Assembly: GCA_011109175.1 (NCBI GenBank)
Contig: RDEW01000015.1
Location: 1,181,481 to 1,245,480 of the forward strand
Direction: 5' to 3'
Source: Dicyema japonicum
Lineage: Eukaryota > Animalia > Dicyemida
Length of the DNA stretch: 64,000 nucleotides
The notes beneath the pieces are model-generated. The model did not search any database. It was not told where the DNA came from and was given only the letters and a program-made list of their open reading frames with translations. Numbering within the stretch: position 1 is the first letter of the stretch; each line of letters starts with the position of its first letter. This document shows, one piece after another, positions 1-12,255 of the stretch. The position numbers and the translations under genes are program-made.

Positions 1-1045
1 AAGATGTGACGTGAAAATGGAAATTATTTGTTATAGTCAAAGCTTTTCTATGCATAAGGAAATGTCCCGCGTTTTTAGAGATACTGAAAAGTTAATAAAA
101 AGATCTTCCTAATATAATTACCTCAGCAAGATAAAATATTTATGCGTATCTACCATCTCCATAAGGCGTGAATGTCGCAGTTGCTTTTTTTTTGAGAGTG
201 TCATTAATTCCTCTCTATGTAAGGGGTCTAAGTACCTCTAATTTATTTGATTGGGTATATGTGACCTTCGGAATGATATCCTGAACGCGAAAAAGATTTT
301 TATTCAGAACTAGTGACATAACTACGTCTACTCCAAAACCGAACAGAGCTGAACATAATGGATCCCTTAGATGAACTCCTGAGGGCGAGGAAATAGAGTA
401 AGATTTGAAGATAGTTGTATACCGAGGGACAGAATGCGAAGCAATCCTTAAGAATAGCATCATCTGTGTATATCAGCAAAAATCCTCATGGCAGCGAGGA
501 TTCCGCCTTCAGACAGTTTACGGTGTATCGCTCTTCTCAATCGTTGTCGAGACAGTCGATTTACATGTACTGTTTATGGATCTGTAAATGTGTTTCTTGG
601 AGTCACCAATAAGTTCCTAGAAGCAATGGATTAAGTGATTTCTCCTCTTTCCCTCTTTCATGTGGTATACGAGCGTGCATGGGAAATGCAAAAATATCGT
701 ACCTAACCTTCAGAGTCACCTGAACGGACTGCTCTTCAATACACTGGACTGCATTGAGAACCAAATCAGGAGTCTTTGCATGGATGACAAGTTTGAAATC
801 AATTTTAGTACTTTGGTACAGGACCACTTGTTCAGAAGATCGGGTGGAGGTGATGATGTCGTATTTCCTGGTAGGAGGCATGAGTGACAGTGCCAACTGG
901 TATTGACGTCGAGGGCTCTATTAGTCATTCCAACACACCAGTGGATTAGGCTTTTTCTTTTGTTCATTTTTTGCAGGTTGAACACCACAGACGGCAGGTC
1001 GTTTAATTTTCTCAGGAAACTGTGACGTCTGGCTACACTCGTCAA
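1..1045 (-). mobile_element. Degenerate APE-type non-LTR retrotransposon, 5' part (PHD-finger-like motif followed by AP endonuclease)
   Basis: Minus-strand HWCVG...WHCHSC resembles a PHD finger; downstream LQETH and GGIL motifs are typical of APE domains; many stops and frameshifts. Confidence 0.55.
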
Positions 1046-1289
1046 TTATTCTATCATGAGAAAGATCAATTTCTAGTAAATTGAAAAAAATTTTGTACTT
1101 ATGGGAGACAAGGGAATGTTATCGACATGTTATCGAATGTTAATTCGTCAGAAAATGGAGAGCGCACTCTTATCGCAGTAAATGTCATCGATAAATAAAA
1201 GCCATATAATAAATTTAACGACAAACTCAAATCCAATGAATAATTTTAATAAGGTTTGAAAAATAGTAATATTGGTGTTTAAATAAAAA

Positions 1290-1625
1290 ATGAAATCAAT
1301 TAATAACCTTATCGACAGTTACCATGGTAATTACATAAAAGAGCCATTTCCGTATAGTTTAATGAGAAAGATATCGAATAATGATAAAGTCACTGAGCAT
1401 AAAAGTAAACTTGGAAAAAAGTCATTCCCTATTAAATACGAGGACATTTTTGTTGAACACAGCATGTATCAGGACAGAAAAAATAGTATTGTGGAAAATA
1501 GAATCAAAAATGATGTTATGCTAATTGAAAAAGTACGTTTGTTATATTATTTTTAGCAAAAAAATATTGTCAGAAAACAATATGACCATGAAATTAAAAT
1601 GATTAAAAACTACAAAATTAAATAA
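1290..1625 (+). CDS. Hypothetical small protein, probably incomplete at the 5' end
   Basis: ORF 1290-1556 plus a 24-nt GT-AG intron (gtacgtttgttatattatttttag) that extends the frame to a TAA at 1623-1625; no recognisable domain. Confidence 0.3.
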
Positions 1626-1699
1626 TATTAATTTAATTTAAATATAATATACTTTAAAATATTTAAAAAAATATAACTTTGAAAATAATTATTTTATTC

Positions 1700-2760
1700 T
1701 CACTGACTTTATTGATGCGGCTTTTCCTCTCTAGACATCTATGGAGACCCTGATCGAGGCAATACGTCCGAGTTTCTTGAGGAAGACCAGGGACATACTG
1801 CTCATCGCCTCAGTTGTCTCAACATCAGTCGCGCGGAAGGTATATCGGTCGATGAGTCCTCTGTACTTATTTTCTTTAGCTCTCTACTTCCTCTCTGGTG
1901 AAAAGTGCCTTTACGGCGCGATGATGTATGTGGTAGACAGAAAGTCGACACATGTTGCATCCCGAACTAACGGTTTTCCCTGCTCGGACGGAAAGACTGT
2001 TACTTCGTCCGATCGCTTTTCATCTTCCCTGTCCAGGTCAGCAGATTCCAGTATGGAGGGGTGTCCTGCAGACTTTAGTGCGTGTTTCGCAACATCGTTC
2101 AAGTTAGTATGCAGCAGGAATCTCATTACAATTCTTATGCATGAAGGACCTTATGTCCATAAGTGTCGACAATTCCAGTCCATCGACAACGAGGAGCCTG
2201 GTATATTTTCAACCCCAGACGGATTGGGATCCCGATACGGACCGTCTCATCATCCAGATGCGTGCCAATGATCCCAACTGGGAAGGCTTATGCTCCGCTT
2301 CCTTCAGAACTCCTCGCGATCAGACAGGTGCGTCGGTGTTTATTCATATTTTTAAGTCGCCTCTCAAATTTATTTTCACATTATTTTACAGTAGAAAACG
2401 AAGACGATTTGCAACATTATCAAATAACGCACTGCACGAAATCAAGAAAACCTAGTTTGCCCGAAAAGGGCTCGATGTGGATACAAGAGTCTGCATTTAC
2501 AACACTTTTGTTAAATCAATACTCTTGTAAAACCCGAGTACTTGGGCCTGCACAAGACATGAGCTTGACTCCTCTCACAGATATCAATTTCCGCATATCC
2601 TATCCTGGAACCACTTCAAACTGCCGTCCGACATTCTTTACGAGAGAACGAAGTGCATAGCACTTTCGTACAAGATCATGGAAATAAGATGAAGGCTGTT
2701 TTGACATATATTTCGTCTGGACCTGGGGACCTCTGCGAACGTGTCCACGGAGGACTACTT
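1700..2760 (-). mobile_element. CRE-clade RLE non-LTR retrotransposon remnant (C-terminal zinc knuckle and RLE)
   Basis: Minus-strand GTHLDDETVRIGIPIRLG, LNDVAKHALKSAG, KRSD..TVFP..GKPLVRDATCVD match the intact copy at 40621-41310. Confidence 0.75.
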
Positions 2761-3170
2761 TGTTCTAGGCACAAACACTTTTCTCGGTTTTATTGAAAAA
2801 GTTAAACTTCTATCGTTTATAACATGAGATTTTCTAAAAAGGCGGAATCTTCAGAGAATCCCAAGGGCTATAAGTAAGATCATGGACATAATCCCCACTA
2901 GGAACTTTTTGTAAAAAGTAATCCATGACAAATCATAGGATGAACCGCGTCATTGGCATCGGGATCGCTTAAATATTTGATCATCCATATGCGTGTGGTT
3001 CCTGTGATTGAGAAATAAGTTAGCTTAATCAAGCTTTCACCTCAAAAATTCTGTTTAATGATGATCACTCGAAAAACTATTCATGAGAAACTACGTTCAT
3101 AAAGTGTACATTTTTATGCATATTTCTCATGTTAAATAATATTTTCCCGGTGAAAGTACAACAAAAATTA

Positions 3171-4168
3171 CTAAGTCAAATCAATAGTAAAAGAACATTC
3201 TCTAACAGGAAGACGATAACTCTTAACCAACCTACAATGCCTCTCATTCTCTGAGTATTTATGCATGATAATTCTGTGATGAGGAACATGTAACCACTTT
3301 TTCCCCAAACCAGGCCATTCCAATCCGTTGTAACTAATCAGACCATTCGTGCACTAAAATTAATATTATTAATACTATTCCTATACTCCCTGTCAGGGAT
3401 AATATGCATTTTAAAATATCTCCCAAAACCACCATTTTGGTCATATTTATGAAAAATGGAGCAACAGTGTCCACCACAATCATGCAGTACCGTTTATAGT
3501 CCATATTTGACTGAAAATAATTAAATCATAACTTTAACGCAACTTAAAATCCGTTGGAAGTACAAAAGGAGATCTTCTGATGACCTAACACGAAACACGT
3601 CGACCCTTCTCAGAATCCTTTACGATCCTGCTCATATTAAAAAAATACAGAAATTTCCAAATTCCTGGACATTTTGGTGAGTAGTCTCAACAACGTGAGA
3701 GGACTAAAATTGCAGCGATTGTCAACGTAGAGAACTGTAGAATTCTCAGTAGAAAGCAGAAGACTGGCCACGGCACTGTGACAAAACTTTGATATTATTA
3801 TGGGAATACTAAGGACTTTCCAGAAAGACTAGATCCACATATCTCCATCAACTCTCCCGTGTAGAATCCCCCATCGATTATTTCATCAACCCTTCAAAGT
3901 TGGGGGTAAATTACAACTTCCAAATTCCAGAAGAAATAAAGGTCTTATTGTCACGTTCCCAGTTTGTCAAATCGTTTAAAATTATTGAGGAATACTTAGA
4001 GAAGGCATAATGACTGTACCAAAGGACATCTCTAAAGGGAATGCTACATATTTGGCTTATTTTTTCAACATCCTGTGATATAAATCGAATCACATTCCCA
4101 TAACCATGCTTTACTAATTGGAATAAAATTCTTCTAAACCGGACATCATTATCTTCACATAAACTCAT
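3171..4168 (-). CDS. RAD51D: RAD51 paralog D-like DNA repair/recombination protein, multi-exon
   Basis: Spliced product contains SSGIWKVDEIIDGGFYTGELMEICGSSLSGKS (Walker A), VLYVD, MIVVDTVA (Walker B) and PGLGKKWLHVPHHRII...RLVKSYRLP, colinear with RAD51D; ultra-short introns; at least one 1-nt indel. Confidence 0.85.
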
Positions 4169-4234
4169 TAATTTAAATACATTTTATTAAATATTAATTA
4201 AATATATTTGTTAATTGGTTTAATTATATTTTTT

Positions 4235-4490
4235 ATTATTTTTTTTATTAACAAAAATTTTTTTTTACAATTAAACAAATGTCAGTTGAGGAAGCCTGCT
4301 GCGTAAATTGCGAACGAGTTCCCTCGGAGTATGGCTATTCCGATCTTTTGTCTTAGCCATAACCCTTCTCGTTGATCCCTTTTCTCTGGCAAGCAATCCT
4401 CCGAGTTCTCGCAAGAACTCAGCCGTCATTGGACCAACGGCTCCCGATGATTCGTCGCAACAGGAGTAAATCGGTAGCGATCCCCGAGGT
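4235..4490 (-). mobile_element. CRE-clade element 3' fragment with A/T-rich tail
   Basis: ESSGAVGPMTAEFLRELGGLLAREK; nucleotide sequence and tail closely match 41130-41350. Confidence 0.8.
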
Positions 4491-4556
4491 AAGAATATTT
4501 CTTGATTTTTAGGTTTTCCGCGGTCGAAGCAATAATTATATTGAAATGAGTGCAAT

Positions 4557-5480
4557 AAAGTTAATTGAACCAGAACACAATATCCAACCCATTGAAAACT
4601 TTTTAATCGAACTACAACGGAAACTATTAAAGGAGGCTATTCTACCGAGCTGCCACTATTTACCTCGGACAAAAAATTGGGAAGGAAGACATTCACCTTG
4701 AAGTTAAACAAGGTCGGCATCCCTTTCCACAGATGTCAAAGGATCTTGGGTGTGACAATTGATATGCATCTCTGTTTAACACCTCACGTAGAAAACATTC
4801 TATTGAAATGCGAGAAGAAACTGAACGTATTGAAAAGTTTATCGGGAATATGGAAGAGTGGTACTCACCCAGTCTTGATGAACGTATACAAACAATACAT
4901 CGAGCCATGTTTCTCATATGCATGCGCCTCGTGGGGTCCGTCCATATCTTGGACAAATATGAGGAAAATTGAGGAAATGCAAAAGAGGGCTTACAGAGTA
5001 ACGGAACGTTGGATTGGTGAAGATCATCGACCCGGACCTACGCCTCTGGAGGCCCTTATGAGACTTGACTCCAGATCACGGGAAATTGGCCCTGAAAATT
5101 CAGGCAGCCGTCCTGTACGTTCATGCGCGGGCACGAAGGAAGAACGACGGGCAAAGATGAGGTCTTTGTTAAAATGCATCGGGATCACGTGATAATTAGT
5201 TTTGTTTTACCGTGGTCTTGGGTTAAATAAATAAATAAATAAATTAAAGGAGGCTATTCTACCGAGCTGCCCTCTATTCCAAATACCATCGAATTATCTA
5301 CAATCATACAGAAATTTTGAGCCGATGCCATGTCCAATGAGAAGAGCTGTTCAGGATTCTCGACCCCGCTGGACTCGTCCTCACCTTTGTCGGTCTGGGA
5401 TCACTTAGTTAGATGAGAACTTTTATTTCTTTCTCTTTGACCCAGTGATCCTGGAAGTAATAATATAATAATAATATTGA
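4557..5480 (+). mobile_element. LINE family B 3' fragment interrupted by a family A 3' fragment (about 4655-5245)
   Basis: Family B sequence matches 55915-56190. The inserted family A (ORF 4677-5192, RT C-terminus ending GIT*) has a (TAAA)n tail and is flanked by a duplicated taaaggaggctattctaccgagctgcc. Confidence 0.85.
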
Positions 5481-6335
5481 AATGAGAGAAAAAACTGAAC
5501 GTATTGAAAAGTTTATCGGGAATATGAAGAGTGGTCATGGTTCTCCCGCTGTTTACCTGTGCTTAAGTGAATCTCTTCACACTGACATTCAGGGCACTGG
5601 GCAGAGAAGCCGGGTGGTATAGTGGTTAGGCGTCGGGCTAAAGTGACTTAGGTTACTGGTTCGATTCTCGCTGCTGTTCACCTGGTGGAAGGTTCTAGGC
5701 ATCTACGATGCTAAAAGGGTTTGACGAGTGACGCCGTCATCAGTGGATACTCACTGCGGAACTGGATTGTCTAGAAAGGACCCATACACAAGAAAAAGAA
5801 AAAAGAAGTGAAGTTAATTCCTTGGTTCAACGATTAGTTAAAATTAACTGTTCTTTACTTAAATAAAGTGTGTGTCCTGCTTATGCGGAGCTATAAATAT
5901 TATGGCTCTCGTGAAAAGGCTATTATTATTATTATTATTATTATGGAAGAGTAGTACTCACCCAGTCTTGATGAACGTGCACAAACAGTACATCGAGCCA
6001 TGTTTCTCATATGCATGTGCCTCATGGGGACTGTCCATATCTTGGACTAATATGAAGAAAATTGAGGAAATGCAAAAGACGGCTTACAGAGTAACGGAGC
6101 GTTGGATTCGTGAAAATCACCGAGCCGGACCTATGCCTCTGGAGGCCCTTATGAGACTTAACTCTAGATCACGGGAAATTGGCCCTGAAAATTCAGGCAG
6201 CCGTCTGTACGTTCATGCTCGGGCACAAAGAAAGAACACCGGGCAAAATGAGGTCTGTTTTGTTAATGCATCGGGATCACGTGATAATTAGTTTGGTTTT
6301 ACCGTGGTCTTGTGTTAAATAAATAAAAAAATAAA
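5480..6335 (+). mobile_element. LINE family A 3' fragment split by a SINE insertion
   Basis: Matches 4815-5240, 50760-51180 and 52200-52620; ends gggatcacgtga...gtggtcttgtgttaaataaa. Confidence 0.85.
5613..5942 (+). mobile_element. tRNA-derived SINE, subfamily A, full length
   Basis: Box A TGGTATAGTGG, box B GGTTCGATTC, core GACGAGTGACGCCGTCATCAGT, 3' hairpin gagctata-aatat-tatggctc and (TTA)n tail; near-identical copies at 28266-28565 and 51832-52046. Confidence 0.85.
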
Positions 6336-6989
6336 AATAATGTTTGACTTTATCACATATTCATGCGTTTGACTATGCATGGGAGGGCATCTGAACGACC
6401 GCGTGGCGCCATGTGGTGCTGCATGGTTGATTGGTTGAAATTTTCTGTTTTTTTTCTCTGTTCCTTCTTTCTCTTCCTATTAGAGTGGCTTCATGTGATC
6501 CATCTGACTAGGTGACGCCCAGTGCCTTGCTGGCAAGAAAAAAGATCATGGAGGGGTTTCCACGACTGCAAGTATAGACGTCTTTTACCCTTTATGTTGA
6601 TTCCGGATGAACTCTATATCTGTAGAAGTGGAAACTAAATACACTAAATTAGTTATTTACTTTAACTTCTTTTTCGGTGTGTCCGGGGTTAATAAAATAA
6701 ATAAATAAAATAACGTCTGATGACATCGGATCTGTCAGTCGTGGGTTCGAATCCGAAAGATGTACTTTTCAATCAAGTTCAATTCTCGTCATATAGATTT
6801 CACCCGTGAAGATGTTTTTCTGGAAATATTTGTCGTTTTTTAGTTTCTTAATATTATTAAAAAACTAATATGTAAGGATATTTCACTATAAAAAATTGGA
6901 TTATTTTACAAAATTTCAATTTTTTGATGGTTAACAATTTAAGAATAAAATTTAGGCGCCAAATTTTAATAATTTCACAGTGTTTACTG

Positions 6990-9900
6990 ATGGAACAACT
7001 ATGTAATATATAACTTCTAATATGTAGTAATAAAGTACCCAGAAATCTTTCCATACAATGATTTCAACTATATTCAAAAAGAATCTTACAAAGAAATGTT
7101 TCACAACGATTCTTCATTTATCCTTCGAGCGCCCACTGGCTCAGGAAAGACTGTAATTTTTGAACTGTCAATTTTAAAACTCTATGAAAGCTTATCAAAT
7201 GTGAGTGAGATTAAAGTCTTGTACAGTGAGCCATAATATAACCATGAAAGTTGCTCCCTTGAAAAGTTTATGCAATGAAAGGACATTGGACTGGCAAAAA
7301 AAGTTCAAAAATCTAAACTGTGTCGAAATAACTGGGGATTCCACTGATGCTGTGGATCTCGACAAAACTCAGATAGTCATAACAACTCCTGTAAGTTTCA
7401 TAATATATAAATAGGAGAAATTAGAGTTTATAATGAAAAAGAATTTTTCTTTAGAGAGTTAAATCTCATTTTAATAGACGAAGTAACTTTGTCATAATCC
7501 ATAGATTCATACAATTAGTTCTGAAAATCGAGGATCTGTAGTGGAAATTGTGGTAACCAGACTAAAAATGAATAACAAACACGCCCGTTTTATCGCCGTG
7601 TCTGCCACAATAGCAAACGTTGACGATGTATATTTGATAATTAGTTATAGATATCCCTCTGGCTTACTAATAGTGATGACAGACCTGCAAAATTCTATAG
7701 GTGAATGGTTGATCAAATGTTTAGATTTGACGAAAGCAAACGAACGATTCCTTTGAAAAAGGTTGTTCTCGGATATCCCGGATATGGTCCTGAGTTTAAA
7801 TTTGATATTTCATTAAACTATAAACTTGGTAATATTATTAAGAAGTATTCAGACTCCAAACAAACCTTAATAGTACTTATAAATGTAATAAATAGTTTTG
7901 TTCTACCAGAAAGAGCACAATAATGGCCGCCAATGTGCTATTAACTGAGACTTTTGTCACAAATTATGATAAATTGAACGAACTAAATTCATTTTCTAAT
8001 AAAATTAAGGACAAATCCCTCAAAAGTTATAATTTCTATTACAATAGGTTGTATACAAAGGGGAATTGGCTTTCACCATGCAGGACTCGACTATGAAGAC
8101 CGTCACTTAGTGGAAGAATTGTTTAAAAGCAGACTATTAGTGATCCTTCGTATTCTCCACTGTAATATATAGTCTGCACGTCAACTCTTGCTCAGGGAAT
8201 AAACTTGCCAGCTCATTTAGTTATAATCAAATCAACATTCCATTACAATAATGGCCAAATAAAACCATACGATGACTGGCAGATAATGGCAAATGATGGG
8301 ACGTGCTGGTTCGTCCCCCAATATGATGATAGTGCATGTGCCGTCATTATTACTAGAGATGATCTTGTAATGCAGTACCAACAGTTGGCCGATGAGGCTC
8401 AATCTTTAGAAAGCAGGTTATATACTCAATTATGTTAGACTAATGGACTATTTGGCAGAATATATTAATATGGAGGTCACCATTGACACAATAAGAAATA
8501 CTAATGAACTTCACGAATGGTTAAAGTCTACATTTCTTTATGTGCGTTGTGTTAAAAATCCCAAATTCTACGGTAAATTAATTTAAGAATTAAAGGACTT
8601 GGATCTTCTACCAGTTCTGTTGGTGAAACTAGGACAGAATTGATAAAAAGATGCGACAATATTATCAAGGAAATGACTAAAGAGAAAATAATGGAAATAA
8701 ATAATGATAAAATTAACAAAACAAGTTTATAAATAATTAAATCAAAAGATCTGGGGATTCTGATGGCTCGATACAATATAAGCTTCGCAACAATGAAAAA
8801 ACTCAAGATTATACAAGTGAATAACGGAATAGAAGGATTGGTATATTGCATATTTTATTAAAGATTAAGGTTTTAGTGGAAGTAGTTGAGTTTGCTGACT
8901 ATCCACTAAGGCGGAGTGAGAAAAAGATCCTCAATGAGCTGAACAAGTCTAAAAAGAAAGCTTCTATTCGTTTCCCAATCAAGGGAGGCATCAAGACAAC
9001 AGGCGATAAAATAAATTGGTTCCACAAACTAATCATTTTTAGCATAATTCAAGCTACCCTTGGATGCATTAAAATAGACGACTTTGGACTGTCAAAAGAC
9101 TCATTTAATATAATCAGGATAGGAAGCAGACTAAGCAGATGTTTGAGTTATATCTCAACCAAGGCTTATTCGAATTACTCTTTGAAATTAATAGTGACTA
9201 CGAGACTGTCAGGTATGCATCAATCCTAGCAAAATGCCTGCAGACGCAACTATGGGAAAATTCTATATATTTAGGCAAGCAATTACAAGGAATCGGTAAG
9301 AATAAGGATAAATAAAATTAGGTCATATATTGTCTATAACCCTGGCCAATTGTGGCCTCACTGATTTCACTAAACTATCAAATTCATCATCTGAACATCT
9401 TGAAGCTGTTTTATTATTATATGTAGTGGTTAGGCTTTGCATCGAAATCCCCCATTTGGTAAGTCGCTGTTAAAAAAGATCGGTACTGTTCCTAGGCTGC
9501 AGTTAACTCTTCTTCAGATGGTTGAAGTGATAATAATAAATAGCCGCAAAATATAAATTCAATCCAAATTATAATCAAATGTCTAAACTATGCAAATTTA
9601 AAAACTCGTGAGGGATTTATATATGTATTACTGGTTGGATCACAAAACAACCGATTATTATTACGTCGTAAAATCCAGTAATAAATCTTAAGATTATTTA
9701 AGTGGGAAAGTAATGCATAATGAAGGTGATTGGAGTACTACATTAACCGTACTTGACTCAAATGACTATCCGATTGAGATTAGTCTTATTTGTCTACATA
9801 TGAGTAATCAAAATTTACTATCTTAGGTGGAATCGATATTTTAGTTTCTTATTCTTCCCCTACAGGAGATACGAGTGAAATCAGCCATAAGAAAATTAAA

Positions 9901-11071
9901 AATAGATTAACTATTCCAATGTCCTTAGCTACTCACACAACTGAGGATAACTTTGATATGGATTCTAACGAAACTGTGGCTGACGAAATTAATTTTAACT
10001 TAAATTATGATATTTCGTTAGGAGAGATGGATGACAAAAATGTGAACATTTCAGAAAATTACAATACAAACACAAACAAAGAAATAAATCAGACTTTCCA
10101 AAAAAACTTATTAATTACAGATTACTTTTCTTCAAATAACCAATCTAAAAAGTCTGCAGCCGATTTAAACCCTAAAATTTCCCCCAATAATAGAAACCCG
10201 CCAAAAACGATGATAAATCAATGTCTTTGGAAATCATTAATCAAACAACTCTCAATCAACAATTAGAGAAAACGGTCAATATAATAAATGACAAGCCTGA
10301 TTCAATAATAGTTGGTAAAGAAACTAATTCACGAAACCAAATTCTCGACAAAGATTATTTGCAAAATGAAAGCTCAATAAATAAAAAAATCGATAGAATA
10401 AAAAAATCAAAAAATAATTCATTACCCCAATGTACAAAAATTGCTTATCAATACAAACAGCCAAACAAATGTTATCAGAAAATACAAAGAACATAACACA
10501 AATTGAAGAAACGCCAATGCAGCAGACAAATAAAAAAGTCTGTAAAACCCTTTCAGATTTGAGAGACCCAACATTTGTCTATCAAAATGTTAAAAACGTT
10601 AACTCCACCATTCATAGCAAAACAACTGAAAATTCCTCACAAATACCAACTAAAGCAGCAAGCATAGGATATAACATGGGCACAATCAATAGAGAAGTCA
10701 TTAATGGAAAATGTGTAAACTCTATGTTGAACACGAATTCAGTAAAAAAGACGAATGATGTCAAAATAGAGCTGATCGACAGTTCAAATATTAATGATGT
10801 TATTAATGATGAGAAAATTAAGGATAAGATTGCTATAGAGAATATACTAAAGAAATACAAGAATGTTAAAACTAATAATAATTGGAGAAATGTTTATAGT
10901 CAAACAGAGTGTAATGAAGTTCAACAAAATCAAGGATCAATGTCAATCCTTAGAAACGTGGATGCGTTTATTATGAGTAGAAAAGGAATTAATGCCAGTA
11001 TTATGAGTCAAAAACGTAAAAATCAGGAAATGACTACTCCAAGAAAAAAGTTGATGTCATTTAGAAATTAA
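6990..11071 (+). CDS. HFM1: HFM1/MER3 meiotic DExH helicase with Sec63 domain and Asn/Lys-rich tail; about 20 introns of 22-26 nt
   Basis: APTGSGKT, IAPLKSLCNER, LIDEIH, RFIAVSATIANV, GFHHAGL, STLAQGINLPAHLVIIKST, QMMGRAGRPQYDD, WLKSTFLYVRCVKNPKFY, HRNPPFG. Several 1-nt indels in homopolymers break the frame. Confidence 0.93.
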
Positions 11072-11699
11072 CTTGTTACAGTTTTGTTTAGTTTTTTACC
11101 AAAATTAATCTTTTGTTTGAGTAATATTGAATTTACTTAATTATCCTAACGATCCATGTAAATATTTGGTAGGGTATGTAAGGTCAAATGGATTTTTCTG
11201 GGTATACAGTGCATGGAACTTAACCATATTGTTTTACAGGCTAGCTTAATATTGTCAGTTTTTAAAACAAATGAGTTCACCCTTATGCAAACAATCAATT
11301 TACTTAACTTTTATATGACATATGTCCCATATATTTGCATCTGATGATTTCTCCTGATAAAAATCTATTCCAGTGTGTTTATTCTAGTAAGTTGGAGAGT
11401 AAATTTGTCGGGCAATAAGTTACATTTCGGAAGTATTCGTCAGGGAATAACGAATCTGTCGTTCTCAGATACTCTTTTCATACAAAAAATTCAAATTACG
11501 TTTCAGGTGAATTTTTTGTGGATTAACATTCAATTATTAATTCTGACATTTTTGATGCCGCTATGAAAATTTACCGAAACATGAATATTTGAGTGTTCCA
11601 TTAATAATTTAAGATAAGAACGTTACTATTTTCTCAAAGATCAATTATTATTTTCATTTTCACGAAAGACATAAAATTTATAACCCCACATGTGCAACA

Positions 11700-12000
11700 A
11701 AAGAAACAATTTTGTCACTCTCTTCTATACACCTCAATTAGCTAGGGTTCTTGATTTCAGGCCGTCAGCGGATTTCAATTCTTGTTTTACGTTTTTCAAG
11801 TTCTTTTGTAGGCCGACTGGCCAAGTTATCATTGGCCTTTCACGACAAACAAAGTAGTCTTGACGCAGTGAAGCATTTACTGATGACGGCGTCACTTGTC
11901 ATGCCAATGCGTGAAACCTTCAGCCAGAATATACATAGGCGAGATTAAAATCCGAAGCAATCAGGACTTTGTCCTGCACTTATGACACTGCCATCCCGGC
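11700..12000 (-). mobile_element. SINE subfamily C (shared core, different tail)
   Basis: Minus strand: degenerate tRNA-like head, gaaggtttcacgcat...gacaagtgacgccgtcatcagt core, unrelated body ending ggggttataaa. Confidence 0.55.
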
Positions 12001-12255
12001 CAGAACTTTACGTAATGAATTTAGTAGTATAAGGGTCGTAAGTATCAAGGAACAACGGGACGTGTTAAATAATTAAAAATAATTAATAAAACAACAAAAA
12101 TAATTTTATTTTAATTATTAATATTACATTCAAAAATCTAAAAAGGAGGGAATCTTAGTAGTAAGGGCGCATTTCAAAGCTTTTATTATAATAAATTGTA
12201 GAATAAACCAACATTCAAGGTAAAAAAATAAACATGAATAAAAATAATTATTATA

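Noticed and set aside
1741-2271. Long ORFs such as 1741-2271, 2163-2660, 42887-43315 and 50275-50769 as genes
   Set aside because: They are antisense or alternate-frame shadows of retroelement coding sequence.
5613-5685. tRNA genes at 5613, 28500 and a box-B fragment near 6740
   Set aside because: A and B boxes are present, but there is no complete cloverleaf, and the sequence runs into a repeated SINE core and tail.
7400-10500. Euplotes-type programmed +1 frameshifting
   Set aside because: Frameshift sites are not consistently AAA-stop and include both gains and losses of a base in different homopolymers.
11100-11620. Possible small minus-strand gene convergent with HFM1
   Set aside because: Exon- and intron-like pieces are present, but I could not build a consistent model or recognise a domain.
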